In this document: piece by piece, positions 47,801 through 60,300 of the stretch | Layout of the letters: every line of letters begins with the position of its first letter | How positions within the stretch are numbered: the stretch's first letter is position 1 | Assembly: GCA_964199315.1 (NCBI GenBank) | Contig: OZ116698.1 | Coordinates: forward strand, 11,222,001-11,286,000 | Origin: Orbicella franksi | Lineage: Eukaryota | Reading direction: 5' to 3' | Length of the DNA stretch: 64,000 bases | Notes under the pieces: generated by a model | What the model was told of the DNA's origin: nothing | The model's input: only the letters and a program-made list of their open reading frames with translations | Database searches by the model: none | Program-made: the position numbers and the translations under genes

Positions 47801-50800
47801 CTGGAAATCCGTATACTTTATCAGAACAAGATACAATTTAGAATTATCTTTTGAGACCGTCGTCACTGAAAACGGATTTCAGAAACAAATCTGAAGAGCC
47901 GATGAAAATGGACTGAAATGGTGAAACTCAAAGAAGATAAACAAGTAGGTCAAAAATTCATTGAATTGAAACATATGGCAGTGGTAATCTTGTTAAATTA
48001 TTTAAAAACAAAGGAAATGCTTGAGAATTGCGAAGCTAAATGACTAGAATGTGTTTTGACTCTGCCAATTTACAGGGGATGGGAGCAGCACTGAAAAGGG
48101 CGGGAGGCGGGAGATAAAGGTACGGGAAGCGGGAGAGCAGGGTACGGGAGGCGGGAGGTTCTGACCCCCCTGTCCCCCCCCCCCCCCCACACACTATCTA
48201 TAACCAGTTTTTTTCTTGCACATAGCAAGAGAAGAACGGCGATGGCTTCTATCACAAGCAACCTACATAATTTGTCATACATTTTGCTCTCTCCATAATT
48301 GTTTTTTAATACCAACTGTATTTTAAAGAAAGCCTTGCTGGTTACAGTTAAGATCACTTGATCAGGCTAGAAGCCGACTGCTGGCTATTTTCACCAACTG
48401 AAAGAGGGCTTATCATCAGCTGAAATTTCTGCAAAACCATAAACTTGGGCAATTCTGAAGGTAAAAAGGTCAGAAAAGCCTAAGCCTGGTAATGAGCTAG
48501 GTTAGTCTTTTCTTCGCTAGATCTGTGCTTGATAATTTCAGAGTCAGTCAAATGTGTAAGTACCAACATTCAACTGTTCTAAATATAAATAATACTTTAT
48601 TTATGTACTGAAAGTGTTACAATTGTTTAAATGATTTTTGTAGGGTAATGTTATCAGTTTTTGTTGAAACATTCTGTGTTGTAGTTTCACAAGTAGTGTA
48701 TTTTGTCATTAATTACTGTACCGAATCTCACAAATACGAACAAGCTATATGACAGGTTTCTTAAAATATTATGATTATTGTAATTATGCAAACACCCTCC
48801 GTCCAGAGTCACTTACCACGACAATCTCCAATAGGAGGTAATTGAAAGCCCCAGAAAGTGTCTTCACATCCATCACACTGCCGACCTGTCACATTTTGCT
48901 TGCATTCACACTGTCCTGTTGTTTGATTGCATGTACCATTGTTTGTGATTCCAAACATGAAGCAGTTACAGGCTGAAATGAACAATGGAATGTTAACAAG
49001 TCTGTAAATGTACCCACTCACCAGCAGTTATCCTTCAGATAAAATAAAAACCATAAGATGACGAAATGCCTGACTAGTAAAATTTACGATTCATTTTGGA
49101 AGAAAATGCCAACCTATATTGTTTTATGCTATAAAACCCTTAAAATCAATAATACTTTCATGGCCTGCTTACTTTTGGCTATGATTGGTAGGTTCAAACA
49201 AATTAATGTTTTAATGAAAACTTGATGTTACAGAGGAAAAGGTGGCTTATTCAATAAAAGAAAGATTGAACAAGCTGTATTTTTAAAGTATAAATATGAA
49301 AACAATGCTGCACTAAAAAGGTACTCACGTAGACACACTTCAGGATCATCAAGGGGCTTGCTCATGTTGCGATAGAACTTGACCACGCACTGCTCACAGA
49401 ACATCCCTGTGGTGTTGTGGTAACAGTTGTCACAGATACCATGGTCTAGACTCTTATTATAATGGCAGCTATCAGCGTGTTTGTAACATTGGCATGCTGA
49501 GAAATAAGGAAAAATAAATTAAACCATGCCAACTACAACACTAACAGTTATGACTCATAATCAGAGTGTAATTTGGTAACTAAATAAGCTTAATCATGCT
49601 AAAAGAAAGTCCCTTCTGTAGGATCTTAAGTTTAAAACTCTGCCAAAGATATATTAATCAAATCAAGGTGAAAAGAGTAAGTTATAAAAATCTCCAGTTT
49701 CTGTAACATGAAGCAACTAGGAGTGTTTCAACTCCCTCTGTCATAATCAACGTCCATTGTTCGCTGGTACCTACTGTCCACCCTATTGCCTTCAGCAGAG
49801 AGAGGGTCTGTGAGAGTGAGCACACAATGACCTGGCCCGGGCTTGTGCCTTGACCACTAGGTCTGGGCTGCAGCTCAGTAGTAACGACTAGGCCACCCCA
49901 CTTTCCACTGATGTTTCGGTACATTTGCCATTTCTCTGTTTTTTATCATACAGTCAAACCTCTCTACAACGGCCTCCTTGGGAAAAGACAAAAGCGGCTG
50001 CTATACAGAGGTGGCCGTTATGGGGAAGTAGGGGTGTGAACGTTCAACTGTATTTATATGAAAACACATAGTTTGCATCTAAAGTACATTTTTCAAATCG
50101 AAAAAAGTACCTATTTGAAAATCATGCATGTAGGATGAAAATGGGTCTCTAATGTATGGGTCTTATAATGGTGGCAGCAATTAATGTGCTCCCATAGGAA
50201 GGAATGTGGAGGCATGTGGCCTCATGGTTAGTGCGCTCGTCTCTGGATCAAGCAGTCCGGGTTCAAGCCCTCGCCAGGGACGTTGTGTTGTGTTCTTGGG
50301 GACGACACTACTCTCACAGTGCCTCTCTTCACCCAGGTGTACAAATGGGTACCAGCAAATTCAATGCTGGGGGTCACCCTGCGATAGACTATCCCATCCA
50401 AGGAGGAGTAAAAATATTCCTTGTCACTTAATGCTACAGAAACCAGGATATTAGCAACAGCTTGACGGGCCACTTGGCTTGTATGCAGACTTTACTCATA
50501 GGAAGGAAAAAGGCCCTAAAAAGGCAGTAGTGCCTAGATACAAGCATGCAAGCAGACGAGTGCCATTCTTATTAATAAAATTTAGCTCAGCGTACAAATC
50601 TTTGACATATTTACATAAAGAAAATATCGCTGACATGTGTATTTTTACATTTCATAATGAAACGTGTCTCAATTTTCCAACCAGCAGCTATTTCTTCACT
50701 TTTTCAAGAACTGAAACCACAAATGACCTTGTGAGCCACTTTGCTGTATCTGCTTGTGTACAATAAACAGTATAACGGTAATTGATATCCGAATTCCATT

Positions 50801-52534
50801 ATCGTCAGGGTTAAAATTCTTCTGCGTTGACTTGTGACACGTACAATGTCGTACTTCAAAGCATTCAGATAAGTTGCAATCCAAACCCAACCGCACGCAA
50901 ATTAAAATAAACATCGTACTGCGAGAAAACCCTAAGAATTTTATTTCATCTTTCTCCACAAATGATAAGTTAACGGCTAAATATTGTAAAACTCAAAAGG
51001 AACGCGTAATCTCTACGATGCAAAGCTGCAGACAATAGAACTTAAACTCAATCCAAATTTGCACATCGCACGAGGTTTAGGAAGATTGAAAACATTTCGA
51101 ACATTTTCACGAAACGATTTCCTTACGATTTATTGCCAAGCAGCTCTCAGACATTGGTGCATTACCCCAGAAGAAACTGAATTCTTTACGAAACGAAATC
51201 TTTTGCTAGAGTGCCAATCCCCCATGGGTTTTCGACAACAGAGCCTTCGGCATCAAACTGCGTTATTCAAACGATTCAAAGAAAACAAAGCTCATTGAAT
51301 AAACTAAGCAGCTGATAACAGATTTTTTCTGCGAAAATTGCCAAGAAGCCATCCTTAATGTGAATTTTACCAACTACTGGTTGGCGCCACAACATCGATG
51401 TTTAGTAATATACAGAATCAATACGATAACGAGGCGGCATTTGTGCCACTCGAACGTCCATATATCCCTTGCGGATCAAAACACCGCCTAATAAATATGT
51501 AGCTGTTCTAGAGTATCAGAATATGTAGAATCCAATATTCATATGACTTGTGTTATTGCTAAGTACATACCTTCACACGGATTAGGTTCACTGTCAGAAG
51601 TGGCTGGCATCCAAGTCTTGTTGTTATACAGTGGTTGACACCTTTCACAATCTTCACCTTCGGTGTTGTGGCAACAATCGCAGTCCTTGCCGACGAAATT
51701 TGGGGAATCGCAATACTCTCCGTGCCCGTGGCACTGACAGCGAGCATTCACTCGCAAGTCTGAGATACCGTAGAAGTATTGATTAAAAATGTTCTCGACT
51801 TTATTGTCCACGTTTTCCAGCCCGTCTGTACCGGGATATAACATCTGTAACCGAAGATCAGTGGCAGTGAAATACTCTTGAAGCGTCCTGTTCCAAAAGT
51901 CATCCTTGGTATAACGCCGTAAGGTATCGAAAAACACAAAGCCATTTTCTTGAGGAGTCGTTTCGCTGTATTCCTCTACGCAGTGGAGACTAAAGTCACC
52001 GTCCGTTATGCTTTCCACTGGCGTGCTCGGTATGCCGAATCGATCATTACAGTCGTCTGCATAGTATTGCAAAGGCGACCATGTCATGCCCTTATCCATG
52101 GACCTTTCGAGAATCATTTTATAGGGCCGAGGAGACTTGAAAGTGACACGAATTTCTCCAGTGAGTGCATAGCTCTTGTTGAAGGAAATCGTCACGTTTA
52201 CCTTCAAAGGCTCGTCCGTGAAGTTGTTGTTAATGTACCATTCCCACCATGTCACGGACTGCCAACTCGTTCCAAGATTACCATCAGTCATTTTCTCCAC
52301 CGTGTGTGTGGTTCTGTTGCACATAAAACACTGGTTGAGAGGTTTAAGACGGCAATACTCAGCCGGTGGATCGCCACACGTACTCGTAGCATTCACCGTG
52401 TGGTCCACTAAACGCGCTGCATTCACGGGTCCGGGCATACATACTCCAGCTGATGAACATTCGCAAGACACCTCCGTGATAAACGCCGCTACGATTGAAC
52501 ATATGATCGTGATGATCTGTTTCCTTGGGGCCAT
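38862..52534 (-). CDS. Laminin chain A, beta/gamma-hybrid architecture (signal peptide, LN, LE, LF/IVB, LE, L4/IVA, LE, coiled coil), 12 exons, 1842 aa
   Basis: Exons: 52534-51571, 49496-49329, 48972-48817, 46607-46395, 45942-45277, 45181-45035, 44605-44320, 44159-43396, 42199-41957, 41487-41338, 40924-39669, 39377-38862. Introns are GT-AG and phase-compatible; total 5529 nt. LN motifs [51 protein letters not shown] are gamma/netrin-like. LF motif HLKYEAED...FTGRGY...VVIRY is beta-like. L4 motif [13 protein letters not shown]. About 590-aa heptad-rich tail. AATAAA on minus at 37562-37557. Confidence 0.9.
42289..42828. mobile_element. 540-bp non-autonomous DNA transposon with TAG...CTA termini
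   Basis: 29-bp TIR TAGCCTGCGTAGCAGGCGTATAAAGGGGA / TCCCCTTTATACGCCTGCTATGCAGGCTA, with purine-rich and pyrimidine-rich subterminal arms. No clean TSD seen; superfamily uncertain. Confidence 0.75.
46724..48190. mobile_element. 1467-bp non-autonomous DNA transposon with poly-G TIRs and 6-bp TSD
   Basis: GTGGGGGGTGGGGGACAGGGGGG ... CCCCCCTGTCCCCCCCCCCCCCCCAC. ACACTA at 46718-46723 and 48191-48196. (CGGGAG/CGGGAA)n arrays at both ends. Confidence 0.75.
49690..49910 (-). mobile_element. Degenerate copy of the tRNA-derived SINE
   Basis: The reverse complement shows TGGCCTAGTCGTTA (A-box-like), a CAAGCCCGGGCCAGG head and CTCTCTCTGC...GGTACCAGCGAA...GCTTCATGTTACAGAAACTGGAGA, parallel to 50206-50495. 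Confidence 0.55.
49951..50040. mobile_element. Left-end fragment of the pogo-like MITE
   Basis: TA|CAGTCAAACCTCTCTACAACGGCC...TTGGG is nearly identical to the left end at 59919. Confidence 0.7.
50206..50495 (+). mobile_element. tRNA-derived SINE, near full length (CORE-like central region)
   Basis: A box TGGCCTCATGG, B box GGTTCAAGCCC, central GTGTTCTTGGGGACGACACT...CTCTTCACCCAGGTGTACAAATGGGTACC, and a 3' tail ending GCAGACTTTAC. Confidence 0.8.
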
Positions 52535-54392
52535 GATCTCTCCTTCGATACCGCAATGATCCGATCGCTCTGGTTACTTGCCTCTAATGTGACTCAGTTA
52601 GCTTGTTTTTGATAAGATCTAACTCGATTACAACAACTCACCAACTAACACCACATGTAAAAGTTTTGAAGTCCGTTGTTTAAGCTTTAAAGCATAAAGG
52701 AACGTAGATTCCGGTTGGTTTCCTTTGTTACAAATGGTTGCTATGGTTACATGATGCACATAATTGCATGACCTCATTTCAAACAGCCATAACATTGACA
52801 TAGGATTTAGAAGGCAAGGAAATACTTCTTTCGTTTAGTAGACTTCGCTAAAAACATAGATCAACGTACTTTAAGATCAAGTAAATCGGGTTATTAAACA
52901 GACTGTTGTTCTGTGCCGTTTGGAAAAAGTAAAAAAAAAAAAACATTGTTTACACGACTACGGTTGGGGACGTATTGAGCGTCTCCCCAAAGTGTTTTGT
53001 AAGAGATGCCAAAAGGGAGAAGTCGTGAGTCAGTGAGTCAGACGTTGAAAATAGTAAGACATATCTACTTTCCAAGTTGCAAACGCCAGAAATAATGAAT
53101 ATACAGCGTAGAGTTCCGAAATCAAAGTAACGATCCCATTACTTTTGAATTTTCGTAATTTTTTTTACTTAGGCATTCGCTACTGTAACATTAACGTGTC
53201 CCGAAACATCACGGCAAATTAGGTGTAAGCATAAAGTAAACACCGGCCCTATCCCCCACTCGGAGGCAAGGAACTAAGCATAAAGTAAAGAAAGTATTTC
53301 TGGTTTACAGCCAAACTACGGTAATTTGGAGAGGAAAAGAATATTGCATACTGAAAACGTGAAAACGTGTGCGAACGTGTCATGATCGGTTTTGATTTAT
53401 TTTCGAGTGGATAAGAAAGATTCTTTAAACCAGTCTCTAAGGTCACTAAAGTCATAAAGAAACAAAACAAAAAACTTAAAAAACAGCAAAGAATAATTAC
53501 TGGTACATTTTTCAGTGCTTTTTATTCACTGTACATTTTAGCAGCAAACTTACAAAGTCTTAGAGGTAAAAATCCACTTTAATAGATTACATAAACTTAA
53601 TAATAATGACAATTAAGAAACAACAACAAAAAGAACCAGATGAAACTATGACAATGCAAAATAAATTACTCGTTCTTAAACTTCAGTAGAACTTTTTTAA
53701 GTCAATCACTGCTCCAGCTTTGCTCGAACCATCAAAAGAAAGCCCACAGGCTTGAAATTCGAAATTTATGTAAATAGCTAATTAGGCAAGCAGTGTTGCG
53801 AACAAACCTCACAAGAAAAATCAGAAACACCAGTATTGCCAAGCAGGAGTAAATCAGTTACTCCAATTACTACCTTGATTAGGTACAATTTATTGCAGTC
53901 TACTTTTTCTGCTTACATGGTTACGAATACGTTAGTTTCCGAAGCCACTTGAGCTCAAAAAAATCACAAATCTGTAGTATTCTAGTAACTATAACTCTAA
54001 CTCTAACTTTCCTGTACTAAACTCTGCCCTGGAACACTCTTCAATCTTTAAACGGATTGATAATTTTCCTTACAGCTACAATTTTTGGTTACAATATTGG
54101 TTACCTCCTTTAAATGGTAATTTGTTTTCTTTAGAGCTGCAAAATTCCCGTTGGTGTAATAATGGGTAATATTTTTAAATTACAGTAGTTTTGTTTTCTT
54201 TATAGTTGCAAAACCCCAAGCCGTGCTCTGTTTAGCAATGGCGTTAGATTCCTAGTTAGATCATATATGTTGCGTTAAAGTTAATAGCCTTTGAATTTCA
54301 ATCCTATTATACATATCATTCTTCCAACAGAATGCCAAACGTTTAAAATCTTATACCCATACACGGCGAGTATTTCAGCAATTTCTAGGCTC

Positions 54393-57300
54393 TTAGCAAG
54401 GCGATACTGAAGGTATCGACCTCAGCAAGTCCCTATATTTCGAAATATCAGACCGAAGCTGGCGAATCCGCTCTTTATACAATGCCACCTTCATCTTCTG
54501 CAGATGAAGCTCTCCTCGTAACTCCACTAGCTGCGGCTCCAGCTGCAGTCCGTCAAATTGTTGTCTTGCTGAACTCACCTCTCCCCTGAGAGTGGGCAGA
54601 CTGTCCACATTGACTCGTGGCAAATCAGAACTTTCGTTCATCAGGCGCCTGGTCAAAGTAATCAGCCGCTGGACAGTGTTGTTTGCATGGGCGGCTCTCC
54701 CAAGAAGTGCTTCGCTGCTGTTCGACATATTAGAAGCCATGGTGGAGAGATTTTGGCAGAGCTTCTGCACTGGTTCTATTTCTCTGGCCATGAAGTTTTC
54801 CATAGTATTGTTTCCCACCATGGTATTCGCAGCAGTCTCGTTCCTCAAGTCGTGGGCACGACGGAGGGCCTTCTCCACGACCTTTGTAAGCCATAAAGTA
54901 AACATTGGTAGACATAGATCCAGGAAAAAAAAGTAAGGTTCCAAGAAGCATATAATCAGTGAGTGGGCTAGCTAAACAACATCTTTAGGATTGGTTGAGA
55001 AGAGAAAACCGAAGTATTCTACGGCTAAATTTAAAGAATAAATTGTTTACTGATTCTTTGCAGTTTTACCCAACTAACAAGGTCTGAATCAAAATTCGTA
55101 AAGCACCAAATCAGTGAGAAACCGAGTCAGTTTATGGTTTTGTGTCAAAACCTATCACACGAAAAGCCTTTTTATTAAAACAATTTTTTCTCGCATTTTT
55201 CCTCCAAGTCACGTGAAAAAGAGGCAAAAGGCAACCATCGGGGTCTTTAGAATGTCATACCAAGAAGTGCACCGACGAATAATCCAACCTGATCGCCTGG
55301 GCAGGGCCTCCGCGTAAAGACAAAGAGTCTTCTGTGGAATGTCAGCTCGAATCAACGAATAAAGAAGGTACGACTCCCGTCCTTACCACTTCAGATGGCT
55401 TCAACGCAAGACCTCAAGGAACATGCGGTAACAAAGCAGTCACCAGAATACCGTATGCTATCATCAATTCATCCGAAAACAAATTATACCCCCTGGGTCT
55501 CTTATACAGGTGGGTCTCTTCTGTTTAGGCAAAATTGGCCACGCAATTACAAATAAACACATTTACAGGATCCATACCTGCTTCTCGGAGACGGAAAGAT
55601 TTTTCACCATGATTCCAAGACGCAAAGCCTCCATAACCAAGGACAGCGAGTGTGCTGATGATTCATTTACTGCCGAAACATTCGTTATAATCCGATGCGC
55701 GTTGTTCCGAGCAGACGCCACGGTCCGCAGAGAATTGTTTGCAGAAGTCTGGGCCCGATGAGATTCTGTTTCAAAATTGCTTGCAGCCTCCAGCATTTTT
55801 TGCGCATCTCCGTGCACGCGGCTTGCTCTTTCCACAGCCATCTGGGCAGTGGTTAGTGTAGTTTGGGATTCCTGCAGTTGTTGTGTACCGTTGGAGACAA
55901 CATCATGTACCGCCTCACCCAAATGAACCGATCGTTCAATGGCCGTGTTGACCTGAACTATCACAGACGCGCTGGATTGATACAAGTCACTGGTTTGATT
56001 GAGGTAATGTGCTGCCAGAGTCTTTGCATCAGTTGATTTCCTTGTCAAGTCTTCTAACACCTTTGTTTATATAATAATAGTATATTCATGTCAATCTCAG
56101 CTCCAGGGTTGTCCCTAACGTTGAAGCCCAAAATGGCGCCTTCTCAGGCGTTAGTCTTTGCTATCTTAAATATAGAAACCAGAAGCTGCTAGGATCGAGC
56201 TTGAAGGCTAAATATTCGAACCCTGTGCCGTTCAATTGTAAAACTGCGGGGGTTTGTATTGTTATGTTCACTTGGTGCCCAGGCAAGTCTGAACACTACT
56301 TTGTGCCAGTGCCCAGGCACTAGTGCTCGGTCACCAAGTGTGAACATAGCCTTAATCTACCTTGATAAGCAATACAGTACTGACTACACTTACACTGCTC
56401 CTGTCAGGGTTTGGCTGACTGGCCTCCTCCAACATCGCTAAGCTGTCATTGTACGCTCTGCTTGCACTCGATAGTTGGCCAAGCACCAATGCGACCGTTT
56501 GTTCTCCAAGCATATTTACCCTTGAAGCGTTTTCATACAGCGGCTCCAACAGAGTAGCAACTTGATCCTGTGTGTCGTTGGCTTCTCGCGCCTTTTCAGC
56601 GGCATTTTCCGCTGTCTCCACCGCGTACTCAACAAGTGCATGTATGGTCTCATTAGCTGCAAGAGTGCGATTTTCATGGTGTATCACACTGTCCGTAAGA
56701 TTTACCAACTGCTCTGCTACACGCGACAGGGATTTGGACAGCACTTCGTCTTGCTCTAGTTCCAGTCTCATAGGAGTGTCCAGTAAGCGGAATGCCTCCC
56801 TGATGACGTCACGAATCTGCGTCACGATCCTTTCGATTGCTTTCTTGTTGGCGTCTACAATGGATGTGTAATGAAGTGTCTCATTCACTGCAGTTGTTTC
56901 CGTGTCGTTTAGCCCTGTATTCAGATCGAGGAAAGCTGCATCAATTCGCAGCCACTGAGATGTTGAATTGCTTTCTACTTCCATGGCCATGGTGATCTGA
57001 GGGTCGAGTGCGCTGAACTCTGTAACAAGCTGACGCAGGCGTTCGACAAAGGTGTGATTGTGAAGCATGGCGGGATGGTTCATAAGGGCCATGAGAAGAA
57101 CCTGTACGCTTGAGATCTGGGCGCGAAGTAAATCCATATCCTCTTGGATGGAGGAGTAGCAGGAAGAGCACTCTACAGTGAATAATGCCAAAATGAAGTC
57201 AACATGATGTGCAAGTAGCTCATTGTCAATTATTTGACTCCTTGATTGATAATCTATTTCCTTCTTAAATATCGATTTCCTAGAGGATCAGCTTCTACTT

Positions 57301-60300
57301 CTTCTTACTTACAGTTTAGTGTGCAGGTTATGAGAATAAAAACGAAACGATAACTAGAGAAAATCTATTCCCTCAAGTAGTACTAGGTAATACTAACTCG
57401 TCGACTCCTACTTAGGGCTATCGCTCGAAACGTCAGCTTTTTCAAAATTCGCTACGGTGGTTAAAATTTAATTTACCTTTATTAACAAGTTGATAATGTA
57501 ACTAAGTAAATTCTAAATTTAATTTGGTACTAAAATACATGATGACGCTAGGAAAGCTATGTAATTTGACAGGCAGTTTAATATATATAAGGTTTAAACG
57601 ACTTTATAAAACCAACTTATAGAAGAAGCGTCACATTTACCTGTACAACTGAACAGGCTAGCGGAAGTATTCCAGCTGTTTTCTGTGCACCTGTCGCAGC
57701 GCATGCCCCCAATTCTAGCTGTTGTGTTACACACACACTGGCCCGTCACTTGGTCACACATGGTAACATTACCAAGTGCGGTTCCCACTGGGTGACAGTC
57801 ACAAGCTAACAAAATAGATAACAACATAGCAGTTTAAAAATCTTCGTGACACAAAACAATAAATTCAGAAGGAAAGAATTGTCATTTTCTATAAAGTTGG
57901 CAGAAACCTAACTAATTCTTTCGCATTGCTAACCACCGTGTTAAACGAAAGATTAGGTTAGGTTTCCGGGAACGGCAAGGAAAACGACAAAACAAGAAAA
58001 ATTGCATGTGCGCAGTGCTGTTGCAACATGGCAGCTGGCATTCTTTTTTTGGGAGTAACAGCCCGTTGATTTCGAAAAATGACCACGTCTTTTGGCTGTT
58101 TTCACCACTTTTGGTAGCAAACATTCTTTTTTTCATCCTGTTTTCTGCAAATCTTAGGAATTCCAGAATTTTCGGTAGTTATCTACATAAGAAATGTGAT
58201 TTCTAGCTTTTATTTTGCTCCTTTAAGTCCTCTTTCCCGACCGTTGTTACTCCTGAATAAATTGTTTTAGAACTTGAATTACAATAAACATGAACTTGAG
58301 CAAGAATCTCCCAAAGTGGATTCTGTTACCTGTAAGCGGTGCTCGTAAACAAATTGCGACAATGGTTTTCCCCAGGACGGGTCAGGTTGCTAAGCAATTC
58401 CTTTGACGAAATCCGTCAACTTAGTCCGTTCTTAGAATGGAGGCGGGAGTCCTACCTTGAAAACAAGATAATAAATTGATGCCTCAATCCCGAGATGCAT
58501 TAAGGGGCATTACTCTTCACACCTACCTTGACAGCCATTCTCTGACAGCCCCCAGTAGCCAGGTTTACATCGAGTGCACTCAGGCCCCTGCACATTGTTT
58601 GTACACAGATGACAGCGATCCCCATAAGTACCCACTTGGCAGTTGGTACATGCACTAGTCTCTCCATCACACTCTGTACTTCTGTTGTTACAGGAACACA
58701 GAACACAGCGTCCAAATGGTCCACTGCCATTCACCTCGCGCGTGTATCCTGAAAAATCAGAACAGAAAACAGTTTTTAACACAACAATACATTAGGGCAG
58801 ACCCGTACCCAGTCGCCATTTATGCTTTTTGCGGGAGAGAAGATTGGAAACTAGGAGGGATTAAGGCGCGCAGGGTGTCATGGGAAGGTCGAAACAATAG
58901 CGACTGGGTACGAGTCTGGATTAGGGGCGTTGTAATTGGAATGATATCCAGAGCAAAGAACTATAGTGCAGTTTTAAGAAGCAAAGAAACAACCAAACAA
59001 ATGACAAATTGACCTTTACGGTGAGAAAACGAATACTGGACAAAAGTATAAATGAACCAAAAAGCAGGGAGTATGCTACGTTTTCCCTCTCGTATTTTAC
59101 TGGACTAAGTCTACACAGGTCGTCTTCACATAAGAACCGGCGGGTCTCACTGGTTTGTCAAAGTTGCTTACATGTATGCGGCAGACCCAAAATGTACAGT
59201 AAAAAATGTACAGTAAAGCATTGTCTGGGTCTCGACGGTTTGTGTAGATACAGTAAGAATACGTAATTTTTTTCAGTTGACCTCGCGCGCACATCCATAC
59301 CATCCCCTCCCACCATCAACTTAAACTATACATGTGGATCTTTGCTGTTGAAGATGGTAACCATCAACTTCGTCCCCCACGGCTTTAAAGGGAAGAACGC
59401 CCTTGGGACGAGGTTGGGTAACCATGAATAATGCTATATTAGATAAACACTAGGTATCAATGAGAATAAAAACTGGTGATTACCTTGCGCGCACAGTTCA
59501 CATGACAGCCCTGTGTAGTTCATGTGACACGTTGCGTTCTCTACAAACCGAACACTCTTTCCATCAGGTGCACCTTGCTCATCCACAGCTGTCTCTAGGT
59601 TGATCTCCTTAAATGTAACAGTCCCGGGTGCGTAGTACGTGGCACGTACCTTGAGTGATGTAAGATCGGCCAGAATGGACTGGAACTCCAGCGATGAAAC
59701 TGACTCACCAATCACCTGCGTTTCATCCAGTATCACGTGATATGACGTGACGTTGGGAGAAGGGGAGGGTATAAAGTTCAGCGCCACTTCACTGGCTCCA
59801 CTCACGAGGATGACATCACCATCAGCCGGAGATGGGTTTTGCACAGAATTCGGATCTCTTATATCCATCTGTAAGTAGCAAATTAAAAACAGCGCGTTTT
59901 AGTTTTCACATTCATATACAGTCAAACCTCTCTACAACGGCCACCTTGGGGACAGATGAAAGGTAGCCGTTATGGGGAGGAAGGGCTGTAATATAACACC
60001 TGTTTTTTCGGGGGTACAACATTTTTATATTTAAAAAGTGCTGACTGTAGCATAGAAATACCCAACACAATCAAAATATATCAATAAAACAGAAACCAAA
60101 CAGAGAGAGACCAACGACATGCGATGCGGCTCAAGTTTCGTGACCCTTACAATATAACACGGGGTTTGGTAAACACCATTCGTCAGTCCTTTATTATCTG
60201 GCCGTTGTGGAGAGATCATTTTGGTAGTTCAGGACGACGTGCTTTAGTGGTCGTTGCCGTTGTGGTTAAGTGGCCATTGTAGAGAGGTTAAAATAAAAGT

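Noticed and set aside
51571-52534. Reading exon 1 of laminin A as a stand-alone netrin or usherin-like gene
   Set aside because: A phase-1 donor at 51571 links in frame through 11 more exons to a laminin coiled coil. No netrin C345C domain or fibronectin-III repeats were found.
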